Below, one piece after another: positions 1-9,258 of a stretch of 39,977 nucleotides of DNA (the first letter of the stretch is position 1; every line of letters starts with the position of its first letter). Location: the NCBI GenBank assembly GCA_044070495.1, contig JBIPSI010000041.1, positions 1-39,977 of the forward strand. The letters run 5' to 3'. The translations under genes and the position numbers were made by a program. Source of the DNA: Spirulina sp. Lineage in GTDB: Bacteria > Cyanobacteriota > Cyanobacteriia > Phormidesmidales > Phormidesmidaceae. Under the pieces are notes generated by a model. It was not told where the DNA came from, did not search any database, and worked only from the letters and a program-made list of their open reading frames with translations.

Positions 1-127
1 TACCAATACCGCGCCCCTTTCTCTTCAGGGTCGATCTCAGGGAGGTTCAGGTCTGAGGGGGGCTTACTCGTCATGCCCCTTACTCTAACGATTTTTGTCC
101 CATTCGCAATAGCCCCATCTTGTTGCG

Positions 128-511
128 GTGACTAATTACCCAACCCATAGGCAAGCAGCACAGATTTTGACCGCAGCTTACCGAGATCAAAATACTGTTG
201 TTACAAGTAACTACGTCCTTGCAGAGCTGGTTTCCCTTTTGCACAGTCCTCTGCGAATTCCCCGTTCTAAAATCTTCGCTATCGTCGATACTATCAAAGC
301 AACCTCCTACATAGACATTGTGCATATCGACCTTGCTACAGATACCGATGCCTGGAATTTATGTAAATCTCGTCTTGATAAGGCCTGGTCGCTTGTTGAC
401 TGTAGTTCCTTTATCATCATGCAACAACATAACATCCAGAAAGCCCTCACCACTGATCACCATTTTGAACAAGCAGGTTTTGTCCGTTTACTCAATTCAT
501 CTAACCCCTGA
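128..511 (+). pseudogene. VapC/PIN-domain toxin, probably 5'-truncated
   Basis: Has PIN motifs TSNYVLAE, WSLVDCSSF and ALTTDHHFEQAGF. The N-terminal hhhDT motif is missing, and an in-frame TAG at 110-112 blocks upstream extension. Confidence 0.7.
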
Positions 512-518
512 GCTACCC

Positions 519-920
519 ATGACCGATCAACTCAAGGTTCAACAAATTTTCTACGCACCTGTAACTTACGTTATGGGCAACATCGAGGCATAGCATAACT
601 ACGCTACCGATCTATCGGTGCAAGCGGCCATCATGGATCTAAAAGCTCTGATTACTCATCTCCAAAGCCAGCACCCCACCGTCGCTAGCGAATCCGAAGC
701 CCTCGCAATTATTGATGCAGAATTTACCAAAATCCAGCACAGCAGTTCCTCCAAGTGGGCCAATCTTCGCCAACAAATTCTCAATCCCGAACGTCACCTC
801 CAAGCCACCAAAGCTACCCTCATCGAAATTGCCCAGCACTACCTAGAGGAAAGCATCTGGGGCAAAGCCACCATCACCTACCTTGACGCCCTCAGCCAAC
901 CCCCTGAAAAAGGAGCCTAA
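519..920 (+). pseudogene. Cyanobacterial hypothetical protein interrupted by an in-frame TAG at 591-593
   Basis: The frame from ATG 519 reads MTDQLKVQQIFYAPVTYVMGNIEA*HNYATDLSVQAAIMDLK... and continues directly into the 618..920 ORF. Confidence 0.6.
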
Positions 921-1016
921 ACCATGCAAATCACCATCGGCAGAACCTAACCCTTGGGCTGAGGGCGCTATGGCGTAGACTACAGGCAAGGGTTGCCGCG
1001 TATTGAGGCAGGAAAG

Positions 1017-1784
1017 ATGGAACAGGTGTGGCAGAAAATCTTGCGGTCGAAGCGGTTGCTGTGGTTTTGCTTGGGGATAGTGCTGGTGGGGATGGTGGTG
1101 CCGCTGCTGGCCTTGGTGCCCTGGCAGGGGCTATTTGGCATGGATGAACCGGCTCCCTCTGGCCCCAAGCAGGCGGTGGTAACGGAGGTGATTACCAGCT
1201 TGGATCGGGCGGAATTGCTGGCAACTTCAGCCACCCAGGGCAACCCCAATGCGGCCATTGTGCTGTTTAAGTTTTCCGATTTTCAGTGCCCCTACTGTGC
1301 GGTTTCGGCGGCCCAGTTGAAGGATTTTATTGGCCGCCATAACGAGGATATGCTGTTTGTCTACAAGCATTTTCCGTTGGATGCCATTCACCCGGAGGCG
1401 ACCCCAGCGGCCAAGGCGGCTTGGGCGGCGGGGCGGCAGGATCAATTTTGGCTGTACCACGATGGCCTGTTTGCCAATCAGGAGCGTCTAGGGGAAGACC
1501 TCTATGTTGAACTGGCGACCTCGATGGGGCTGGATGTGGCGCAATTTAACCGCGACCGCACCAGTCCCGAAGCCGCCGCCGCTGTAGCGCGGGATTTGGA
1601 ATTAGCCCAGCGCCTAGAGCTAGAAAGCACCCCCACCTTTTTGTTGAACGATTTGCTGATTCCGGGCGGCGTGACGCCAGAATTGATGGAAACGATTTTT
1701 CAGGACATTAAGGGCCGGATTAAGCTGAATTCCTCACAAATGAATTCCCAGCCCATGAATTCCCCACCCAATGCCGCGCCCTAA
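1017..1784 (+). CDS. Membrane-anchored DsbA-family thioredoxin-fold protein
   Basis: N-terminal TM helix, FSDFQCPYC active site, YKHFPL and STPTF cis-Pro motifs. ATG 1017 preferred over TTG 993. Confidence 0.9.
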   Translation: MEQVWQKILRSKRLLWFCLGIVLVGMVVPLLALVPWQGLFGMDEPAPSGPKQAVVTEVITSLDRAELLATSATQGNPNAAIVLFKFSDFQCPYCAVSAAQLKDFIGRHNEDMLFVYKHFPLDAIHPEATPAAKAAWAAGRQDQFWLYHDGLFANQERLGEDLYVELATSMGLDVAQFNRDRTSPEAAAAVARDLELAQRLELESTPTFLLNDLLIPGGVTPELMETIFQDIKGRIKLNSSQMNSQPMNSPPNAAP

Positions 1785-1975
1785 AGCTTGGTTGGCGCAA
1801 TCGGGTCAGGCAATAGATCTGGGTCATGGGACGGATCAAAGGCTTTGGACTTGGTTGAAGTCGGAATCGTTAACGTTGGGTGGGATGCTTGTCCATGCCG
1901 ACTCATACCAATCGTCTATGCCGCTGGCGCGACATCCCCAAGGGATAAACATCTATCAAGACCTTGGATGCTCCA

Positions 1976-2746
1976 TCAATGCTCCAAAACCAGGATTTCA
2001 GCGGCAATTTGCTGGAGAAAGGCGGCATCCTCCGCCGAAATGGCAGGATCGCGATAGACCAGGCCAACAGGGCTGAGGTGCATCAGAAATCCGTAGAGCA
2101 CGCAGGCGGCGAGGTAGGTGCCGTAGATCGTGGGGTGGGCATCATCGGCATCTAGGATGAGGTCGGGGCGGGTACGGTAAGCCTGTTCAAAGGCTAAGCC
2201 GACGGGAATGACAAGGGCGTTGATGGTCTCCCCTAGGGCATTGTAAGCATTGGCTAGGTTGCGGGTGTTCACGCCCTGGTCGAGGCTGTCGCGGCGTTCC
2301 CAGGTCATCATCAACATGGGTTCCGATCCACTGTCTCGAACCACCTGGGCTAGGGCCTTGGCGTAGTATTCCGAAAAGCTGGGGTTGATTACTGGGAGCT
2401 GGCTTTGGTCTTGCAGAATCACGTAGTTCCATGGCCCGTTGCGAATGGCCTGGAGAGTGTCCTCATCCTGCGAGTGGTCTTTAAAGGAATAGTTGGGCTG
2501 ACTGACGCTGCCCGCCTGGAGGGTGCGGGTAAAGCCACTGAGGTGATAGTTGATGCCATTGTTGTAGAAGGTGAGGCTGTTGCCCACAAACAATACTTGT
2601 ATGGGGCCTTGGGGCGGTGGTGGCAGGGTCACGGTGGGCTCTTTCTGGGTAAACGAAAACTGGCAGGCCACGGCAACCAGGGCCACCATAATCGCCAAAA
2701 TACAAAACTGGGCTACTGCCCTACCGTGGTGATGTCGGTTAGCCAT
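1976..2746 (-). CDS. SGNH/GDSL hydrolase-family lipoprotein (DUF4886-like)
   Basis: VLFVGNSLT block I, WNYVILQDQS, DDAHP block V and lipobox-like VAVAC. Start uncertain. Confidence 0.8.
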   Translation of the reverse strand: MANRHHHGRAVAQFCILAIMVALVAVACQFSFTQKEPTVTLPPPPQGPIQVLFVGNSLTFYNNGINYHLSGFTRTLQAGSVSQPNYSFKDHSQDEDTLQAIRNGPWNYVILQDQSQLPVINPSFSEYYAKALAQVVRDSGSEPMLMMTWERRDSLDQGVNTRNLANAYNALGETINALVIPVGLAFEQAYRTRPDLILDADDAHPTIYGTYLAACVLYGFLMHLSPVGLVYRDPAISAEDAAFLQQIAAEILVLEH

Positions 2747-2772
2747 AGCCCAGTCCTGATTTATAGAGAGCC

Positions 2773-2793
2773 GTAGGGTGGGCACTGCCCACC
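2773..2793 (+). repeat. GTAG-type REP-like palindrome
   Basis: GTAG-GGTGGGCA-C-TGCCCACC, just 3' of pnp. Confidence 0.7.
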
Positions 2794-2825
2794 GATTAAA
2801 CTCCTTGCCTGTCGCAATCGCTCGC

Positions 2826-4976
2826 CTAACGAGCCGCCGCCGCCGCCCGTGCCGCCGCCGCTTCGTCGGGATGGATGTTCAGACGAGTGAGGTTGACGCG
2901 GCCCCGACCGTCGATTTCGCGGACTTTGACGATCACCTCGTCGCCCACGTTCACCTCATCTTCCACCTTGGCGACACGATAGTCCGCCAGTTGGGAGATG
3001 TGGATCATGCCCTCTTGACCGGGCATAAATTCGACGAACGCGCCGATGGGGATCACCCGCATCACCGTGCCCACAAACACATCCCCAGCGGAGGGCTTGA
3101 AGACAATGGCTTCGATCATGGCCTTGGCCTGCTTGGCCTTTTCCCCTTCCAGGCAGGACACGGTGACGGTACCGTCGTCGTTGATGTCCACCTTGGCTCC
3201 GGTTTGCTCGGTGATGGCCTTGATCTTCTTGCCGCCGGGGCCGATCACCATCCCGATCATTTCGGGGTCGATCTTGAAGGTGATCAACTGCGGCGCATAC
3301 TTCGACATCTCCGTGCGGGGGGTGTCGATGGTGGCCAGCATTTTCTCCAGGATATGCAGACGGGCGGGCTTGGCCTGGTTGATGGCTTCGGCGATCACCT
3401 TAATGGGTAGTCCGGTAATTTTCATGTCCATTTGTAGGGCGGTGATGCCGCTGTCGGTGCCTGCCACCTTAAAGTCCATGTCGCCCAGGAAGTCTTCGAT
3501 GCCCTGGATGTCGGTGAGGATGCGGACTTCGTCGCCCTCCTTAATCAGGCCCATGGCCGCACCGCTGACGGGCTTGGTGATCGGTACCCCGGCATCCATC
3601 AGGGAGAGGGTAGACCCACAGACGGAACCCATGGAGGTGGAACCGTTGGAGGACAGCACCTCAGACACGACGCGAATCACGTAGGGGAACTCTTCCTGGG
3701 GCGGCAGCACGGGTACCAGGGCGCGTTCGGCCAGAGCACCGTGGCCAATTTCCCGCCGACCGGGGGAGCGCATGGGCCGAGTTTCGCCCACGGAGTAGGG
3801 GGGGAAGTTGTAGTGGTGCAGGTAGCGTTTTTCTTCGTCGGGGTGGAGGTCGTCCATCATCTGGGCATCACCGGGGGTGCCGAGGGTAACAACGGACATT
3901 ACCTGGGTCAGCCCCCGCTGGAACAGCCCCGTACCGTGGACGCGCTCCGGCAGCAGGCCCACCTGGCAGTAGATGGGGCGCACTTCGTCCAGCTTGCGGC
4001 CATCGACGCGAACTTTCTCGTCGATAATTTGCTGACGCATCAGCTTTTTGGTGACGGATTTGTAGGTGTTGCCCAGGGCTTTGCCGTTGGCCGCCACTGC
4101 GGCTTTTACGGGATGATCCTCTTCCAGCCCGTCGATGGTGGTGACGAGTTCGGCCTTGATGGCATCCAGCTTTTCATCCCGCTCTGGTTTGGTGAGGCTG
4201 AACTGTTTCAGCACTTCCTTGATGGCGGCGCTGGTCTTTTCTTCGATGAAGGTGGCCAGGGTGGGGTCGGTTTCCGGCGCGGGTTCTTTGACGATCTCGA
4301 TACCCAGTTCCTTAATCAGTTCAAGCTGGGCTTTGATTAGGTCTTGCACTACCTCATAGCCAAAGTCGATGGCTTCAATCATGTCAGCTTCGGGCAGTTG
4401 GTTGGCCCCGGCTTCCACCATGATCACGCCGTCGGGGGAACCCGCCACGACCAGATCCAGGTCGCCACTTTCCACTTCTTTGTAGGTGGGGTTAATGACA
4501 AAATCGTCGCCCACGAGGCCCACGCGCACCGCTGCCATCGGCCCATTGAAGGGAATTTTGGCCAGCAGCACCGCCACGGAAGCGCCCGTTGCCGCCAGCA
4601 CATCGGGGGGCACCTGCTCATCCATGGAGAGCGTGGTGGCCACAATTTGAATGTCGTCGCGCAGCCATTGGGGGAACAGGGGCCGCATGGGGCGGTCGAT
4701 CAAACGGCTAATCAGCGTGGCCCGTTCGGGGGGCCGACCCTCTCGGCGCAAAAAGCCACCGGGGATGCGTCCGGCGGCGTAGAGGCGTTCTTCGTAATCC
4801 ACCAACAGGGGCAAAAAGTCGATTCCTTCGCGGCCCGTGGAGCGGGTGGCCGTCACCAAAACGGCGGTTTCCCCCGACTGCACCAGCACCGCACCCCCCG
4901 CTTGGGGAGCCAGCAGACCTACCCGCAGCTTAATGTCCCGGCCATCAAAGGATATTGATTTTTCAATTTCTTGCAT
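2826..4976 (-). CDS. pnp: Polyribonucleotide nucleotidyltransferase (PNPase)
   Basis: 716 aa; two RNase PH domains ([29 protein letters not shown]), KH (IGPGGK) and S1 domains. Confidence 0.99.
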   Translation of the reverse strand: MQEIEKSISFDGRDIKLRVGLLAPQAGGAVLVQSGETAVLVTATRSTGREGIDFLPLLVDYEERLYAAGRIPGGFLRREGRPPERATLISRLIDRPMRPLFPQWLRDDIQIVATTLSMDEQVPPDVLAATGASVAVLLAKIPFNGPMAAVRVGLVGDDFVINPTYKEVESGDLDLVVAGSPDGVIMVEAGANQLPEADMIEAIDFGYEVVQDLIKAQLELIKELGIEIVKEPAPETDPTLATFIEEKTSAAIKEVLKQFSLTKPERDEKLDAIKAELVTTIDGLEEDHPVKAAVAANGKALGNTYKSVTKKLMRQQIIDEKVRVDGRKLDEVRPIYCQVGLLPERVHGTGLFQRGLTQVMSVVTLGTPGDAQMMDDLHPDEEKRYLHHYNFPPYSVGETRPMRSPGRREIGHGALAERALVPVLPPQEEFPYVIRVVSEVLSSNGSTSMGSVCGSTLSLMDAGVPITKPVSGAAMGLIKEGDEVRILTDIQGIEDFLGDMDFKVAGTDSGITALQMDMKITGLPIKVIAEAINQAKPARLHILEKMLATIDTPRTEMSKYAPQLITFKIDPEMIGMVIGPGGKKIKAITEQTGAKVDINDDGTVTVSCLEGEKAKQAKAMIEAIVFKPSAGDVFVGTVMRVIPIGAFVEFMPGQEGMIHISQLADYRVAKVEDEVNVGDEVIVKVREIDGRGRVNLTRLNIHPDEAAAARAAAAAR

Positions 4977-5240
4977 TGACTTTCTTCGTCCTTCTCGCTA
5001 CTTTTAGCGCCTTTGTACTCTCTTTTGCCTGATCCTAGCATCGATGGCCGTTTTGGCTTCTGACGTGGCCCCCCGGAAGCCCAATTAAGAGAAAGACTTA
5101 AGGTTTACTCAACAGATCGAGGGGGGATAGGCGGAGTTTCCCCGTTATTTAGTTCTCGAAATGGACTGTTCCTTGGCACGATCTATCCTGCTAAACAACT
5201 CCATTCACCGGTCACCCCGTTCCTTATATCTAGGACGCTT

Positions 5241-6260
5241 ATGAAAAAACGACTCTGGATCGTGGCCCTCGCTATGGGTGTTCCCCTCGTCATGTTAGCG
5301 ACCACGTTTTTCTACATCAGTGGCCCCCGCTGGGCCGAGGCCGACTACGACAACACCATCACCTACGACTATCCCCCTGGCCCGGAGAATCCAGGCACCC
5401 TCACCGTTGCAACCTACAATGTGGGCTACCTGTCGGGCCTCACCAATCAGCAGGCAGTGGTGCGGGATCGGGCCTTGCTGGAGGCGAACCAGGCGGCGGC
5501 GATCTCAGCCTTGCAACCTCTGAACCTGGATGTGCTGGCCCTGCAAGAGGTGGATTTTGATGCCCATCGATCCTTTAACCTAAACCAGCAGTACGCCCTG
5601 TCCGAGTCCCTGGCTCTGCCCTTTGCCGCCCTCGCCGTCAACTGGGATAAGCGCTATGTGCCCTTTCCCTACTGGCCGCCCCAGGTGCATTACAAAGCTG
5701 TTACCTCTGGGCAGGCGGTGCTAAGTCGTTACCCCATCCGCGAGAACCAGCGCCTAGTGCTGGAGCGAGTGCCCACCAATCCCTTCTACTACAACGCCCT
5801 TTACCTCGACCGGGTAGCCCAGGTGACGGAGATTGACCTATCGGGACAGCCGCTGATGGTGATGAACGTTCACCTCGAAGCCTTTGACGGCCCCACCCGC
5901 CGCCGCCAAACCACCTTCGTGCGGCAATTGGCCGAACAGTATGCCGAGACCATGCCCGTGCTGCTGCTGGGGGATTTTAACAGCGACCTTGATCGGGCGG
6001 AGGAGTCTGCCGATGGAGAAACGCCTTCAGTGCAAATTTTGCTAGATTCCCCGGTTTTGGCCAGTGCAGTGCCGATTCAGGCTCAATCAAGCACATTTCC
6101 TTCCGATCAGCCCCAGTACAGCCTAGACTACATCCTTTACACCCCCGCCACCCTGGCGGTGCGCGACTGGCAGGTGGTACAGTCCGCCGCCCAAGCCTCG
6201 GATCATTTGCCGGTGATGGCCATCCTAGAGCGGTTAGAGAACGCCACGCTTCCGGAATAG
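5241..6260 (+). CDS. Endonuclease/exonuclease/phosphatase family protein with N-terminal membrane anchor
   Basis: TYNV, LQEVD, NVHL, GDFN, LDYI and SDHLPV motifs. Confidence 0.92.
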   Translation: MKKRLWIVALAMGVPLVMLATTFFYISGPRWAEADYDNTITYDYPPGPENPGTLTVATYNVGYLSGLTNQQAVVRDRALLEANQAAAISALQPLNLDVLALQEVDFDAHRSFNLNQQYALSESLALPFAALAVNWDKRYVPFPYWPPQVHYKAVTSGQAVLSRYPIRENQRLVLERVPTNPFYYNALYLDRVAQVTEIDLSGQPLMVMNVHLEAFDGPTRRRQTTFVRQLAEQYAETMPVLLLGDFNSDLDRAEESADGETPSVQILLDSPVLASAVPIQAQSSTFPSDQPQYSLDYILYTPATLAVRDWQVVQSAAQASDHLPVMAILERLENATLPE

Positions 6261-6321
6261 CGGCCTAGGATCGTGAAGACTGCTCAAGTCCCCCTCTGAT
6301 CCCATCGGAGCGCCCTAGTCT

Positions 6322-7095
6322 ATGACCCATGCGTTTCTGCCCCGCATTCCCCTGCGACAGCCGTTTCGATGGGGGATTTGTTTCGGATTACTGGGGCTTG
6401 CTTTGGTCGGGTGTCGTGGCACGGTAGCACCCCAAAATCCTGACCCTACGCCCCAGCCCACCGAGACCCTAGAATCCTCTGCAACGGCGGAAGCCATTGC
6501 CACCATTCGCGACATCGTGGCCCAGCCCGTGTGGGTGCGACCTGCCCAGGGGGAAGAAATCGCTGCCCAGGTTGGTGCGCCCCTGCAATACGAAGACACC
6601 GTTCGCACGGAGGATCCGGCCCTAGTGGAGGTGGGCCTCGGTACCCTGGTGTTTCGTTTAGGGGGGAATGCCACCCTCACCCTGCGCCCCAATCAGCAGC
6701 TTCAGTTTGCGGCGGGCCGAATGCTGACCTGGGTGGAGGGACGCCCCCCAGGCTCGGTGACCATTCAAACCCCCGTCGGCGTGGCAGGTATTCGCGGCAC
6801 CACGGTGTTTGTCAACATTGAGGAGGATCCCCAGGCCCCCGTCGAATTTTTTGCCTGGGAGGGAGAGGTCACCTTTCAGCCCACCGGATCCGCTGATGTG
6901 GTGGTGATTCGCGATGGCGAACAGCTTTTGGTGCGTCCTGGGGAGGTGGATGTGGCCGATCTGCAACGACGGGTGAGACGCTTCGGGGCCGAGGAGTTTC
7001 GCCAGCGCCTAGAAAACAGCCCTCTGATGAACGACTTTAGCCAACCCCTGCCTACCTTGCCCCAAATTGAGGCTGTGGGGGAGGGGCTGGAGTGA
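6322..7095 (+). CDS. FecR-domain lipoprotein
   Basis: Lipobox LVGC; DTVRT, TPVGVAGIRGT and WEGEV motifs. Confidence 0.85.
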   Translation: MTHAFLPRIPLRQPFRWGICFGLLGLALVGCRGTVAPQNPDPTPQPTETLESSATAEAIATIRDIVAQPVWVRPAQGEEIAAQVGAPLQYEDTVRTEDPALVEVGLGTLVFRLGGNATLTLRPNQQLQFAAGRMLTWVEGRPPGSVTIQTPVGVAGIRGTTVFVNIEEDPQAPVEFFAWEGEVTFQPTGSADVVVIRDGEQLLVRPGEVDVADLQRRVRRFGAEEFRQRLENSPLMNDFSQPLPTLPQIEAVGEGLE

Positions 7096-7119
7096 AGGGT
7101 GAGGGGTGAAGGGTGAGGG
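7092..7119. repeat. Heptamer tandem repeat (GTGA(A/G)GG)x4, STRR-like
   Basis: gtgaagg gtgaggg gtgaagg gtgaggg read directly. Confidence 0.85.
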
Positions 7120-7191
7120 GGGCTTGGCCTTAGTCGCCTTTCTGGGGCAATCGCTATAGACTGCAAGGGTGCTTATTGCTGCGAGTGTGCC

Positions 7192-8025
7192 ATGGTGTCT
7201 TCCTTTGCAACGGAGGCGGGTCGTGCTGAGATTTTGTCGGCCCTAGAGCGGTTGGTGGCGGTGGTGGCCGATCTGCGCCATCCCGAAACGGGTTGCCCGT
7301 GGGATTTAGAGCAAACCGCCGAGAGCCTGATTCCCTACGTGATTGAAGAAGCCTACGAGGTGGTGGATGCTATCCACGGCGGCGAGTCTGCGGCGATTGC
7401 AGAGGAATTGGGAGACTTGCTGTTGCAGGTTGTCCTCCAGGCCCAGGTGGCCAGTGAAGCTGGGGATTTTGACCTCGCCACGGTGGCCAACGGCATTGCC
7501 GATAAGCTGATTCGCCGCCATCCCCATGTGTTTGGCGATGTGACGGTGGCCGATACCGATGAAGTGCATCGCAACTGGGATCGGATTAAATCTGAAGAAA
7601 AAGGCGTGCCCCACGAGCCGAATCGCCTCTCGCCCAAACTGGCCAAATATAACCGCACCCTGCCGCCGCTGATGGCCGCCAGCAAAATTTCCGCCAAGGC
7701 CGCCAAGGCCGGGTTTGAGTGGGACGATGTGGAGGGAGTCTGGGACAAGTTCCACGAAGAACTGGAGGAATTTCACCAGGCCGTAGCCCACGAACCCAAG
7801 GAAAATCAACAGGCGGAACTGGGCGATCTGTTGTTTACCCTGGTCAACATTGCCCGCTGGCATGGGCTGGATCCCTCTGAGGCCCTGCACGGCACGAATC
7901 AGCGCTTTATTCGCCGCTTTGAACAGGTGGAAGCCGCCGCCGATAAACCCCTCACCGACTGTAGCCCGCAGGAACTGGACGCCTTTTGGCAGCGGGCCAA
8001 GGCCAACCTGGCGCAGGGGGGTTAG
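7192..8025 (+). CDS. mazG: Nucleoside triphosphate pyrophosphohydrolase MazG
   Basis: GCPWD, EEAYE, EELGDLL, KLIRRHPHVF and a second ELGDLLF domain. Confidence 0.97.
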   Translation: MVSSFATEAGRAEILSALERLVAVVADLRHPETGCPWDLEQTAESLIPYVIEEAYEVVDAIHGGESAAIAEELGDLLLQVVLQAQVASEAGDFDLATVANGIADKLIRRHPHVFGDVTVADTDEVHRNWDRIKSEEKGVPHEPNRLSPKLAKYNRTLPPLMAASKISAKAAKAGFEWDDVEGVWDKFHEELEEFHQAVAHEPKENQQAELGDLLFTLVNIARWHGLDPSEALHGTNQRFIRRFEQVEAAADKPLTDCSPQELDAFWQRAKANLAQGG

Positions 8026-8172
8026 GGTTGGGTGCGGTCTTGGATGCTAGGAGCTAAATGGGTTGGATGGTTGCGACCCTGGGCGGATGATGGGGAGCGG
8101 CTAATGGGCGTATCCTAGGGCTAGGATTAGCGGTCTACCCGTCTCGCCTACAGTCCTTTTTTCTGTTCCCCC

Positions 8173-9087
8173 ATGAGCGTTATCTACGATCTCGAGCATG
8201 TCACCACCTACCGCTATGCCAAGCCGGTAACTTTTGGCCCCCATCGGGCCATTTTTTTGCCCAGGGGCAGCTACGGCGGGCGGCTGCTGAGCTATGGCCT
8301 AGAAACCAACCTGCCTTCCCAGGTGCGCTGGATGATGGATACCCTCTCCAACAACGTGGCGGTGATTGAGGTGCAAACTCCGGGCGAGGAACTGACCGTC
8401 ACCTATCGGGTGCAGGGGGAACATTTTGGCTATCGAGCCGTGCAGGACTTTCCCCTCGACCCTAGGGCGGAGGAACTTCCCGTGCAGTACACGCCGGATG
8501 AATGGACGGATTTATCGGTGTTTATGCGGCCCCACTCCGAGGATTTTGACGGCAGCTTGGCGGTCTGGACAAAGCAATTTGTGGCGGGGGATCAGGACAC
8601 CACCCTAGACGCGATCAACCGCATGATGGACACCATCCACAGCACCCTAACCTACCAATCCCGCGAGGCGGAGGGTACCCAATCCCCCGGCGAAACCCTG
8701 CGTACGGGCATGGGCACCTGTCGCGACTATGCTTGGCTGATGATCGAGGCCCTGCGGCGACTGGGGCTGGCCTGTCGGTTCGTCAGCGGCTATTTGTACG
8801 ATGCGGCCCTAGATGGAGGCGAGGTGGGTATGACCGGATCCGGAGCCACCCACGCTTGGCTTCAGGTCTACCTCCCCGGTGCGGGCTGGCGCAACTACGA
8901 CCCCACCAACCGCATCACCGCTGGGTTCGACCTAGTGCCCGTGGCTATCGCCCGCCATCCCGGCCAAGTCATGCCCCTATCGGGTTCCTGGATGGGAGAT
9001 GCCTCGGATTACCTAGGGATGTCGGTGCAGGTCTCGATCCGTAAACTGGCCGACCTATCCGAATATGCGTCCCCCAGCGGGGAATAG
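8173..9087 (+). CDS. Transglutaminase-like family protein
   Basis: N-terminal HVTTYRY domain; GTCRDYA, HAWLQVYLPGAGW and DPTN supply the Cys-His-Asp triad. Confidence 0.93.
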   Translation: MSVIYDLEHVTTYRYAKPVTFGPHRAIFLPRGSYGGRLLSYGLETNLPSQVRWMMDTLSNNVAVIEVQTPGEELTVTYRVQGEHFGYRAVQDFPLDPRAEELPVQYTPDEWTDLSVFMRPHSEDFDGSLAVWTKQFVAGDQDTTLDAINRMMDTIHSTLTYQSREAEGTQSPGETLRTGMGTCRDYAWLMIEALRRLGLACRFVSGYLYDAALDGGEVGMTGSGATHAWLQVYLPGAGWRNYDPTNRITAGFDLVPVAIARHPGQVMPLSGSWMGDASDYLGMSVQVSIRKLADLSEYASPSGE

Positions 9088-9258
9088 GGTGACCGGACAG
9101 AATCTGGGGTGGCCCTAGGCGAAGACCTATCCGACTTAGGATAATCTGAATAATCTAAGCAATTGGAGCCTACCCCCACGATTTTACGCTTCATCGGGGC
9201 AGGCCGGTTCTATCCCCTTGTGCGGGTAGGACAATACCTCTATCGGGCAGGATAAGCA

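Noticed and set aside
1785..1975. Short ORFs between dsbA-like and SGNH genes
   Set aside because: No motif, SD or codon-bias support on either strand.
2778..4958. Long plus-strand ORFs opposite pnp (and similar shadows opposite pyk, rpiA, mazG, trhO and the NCS2 permease)
   Set aside because: Antisense shadow ORFs caused by GC-rich codon bias of the real genes.
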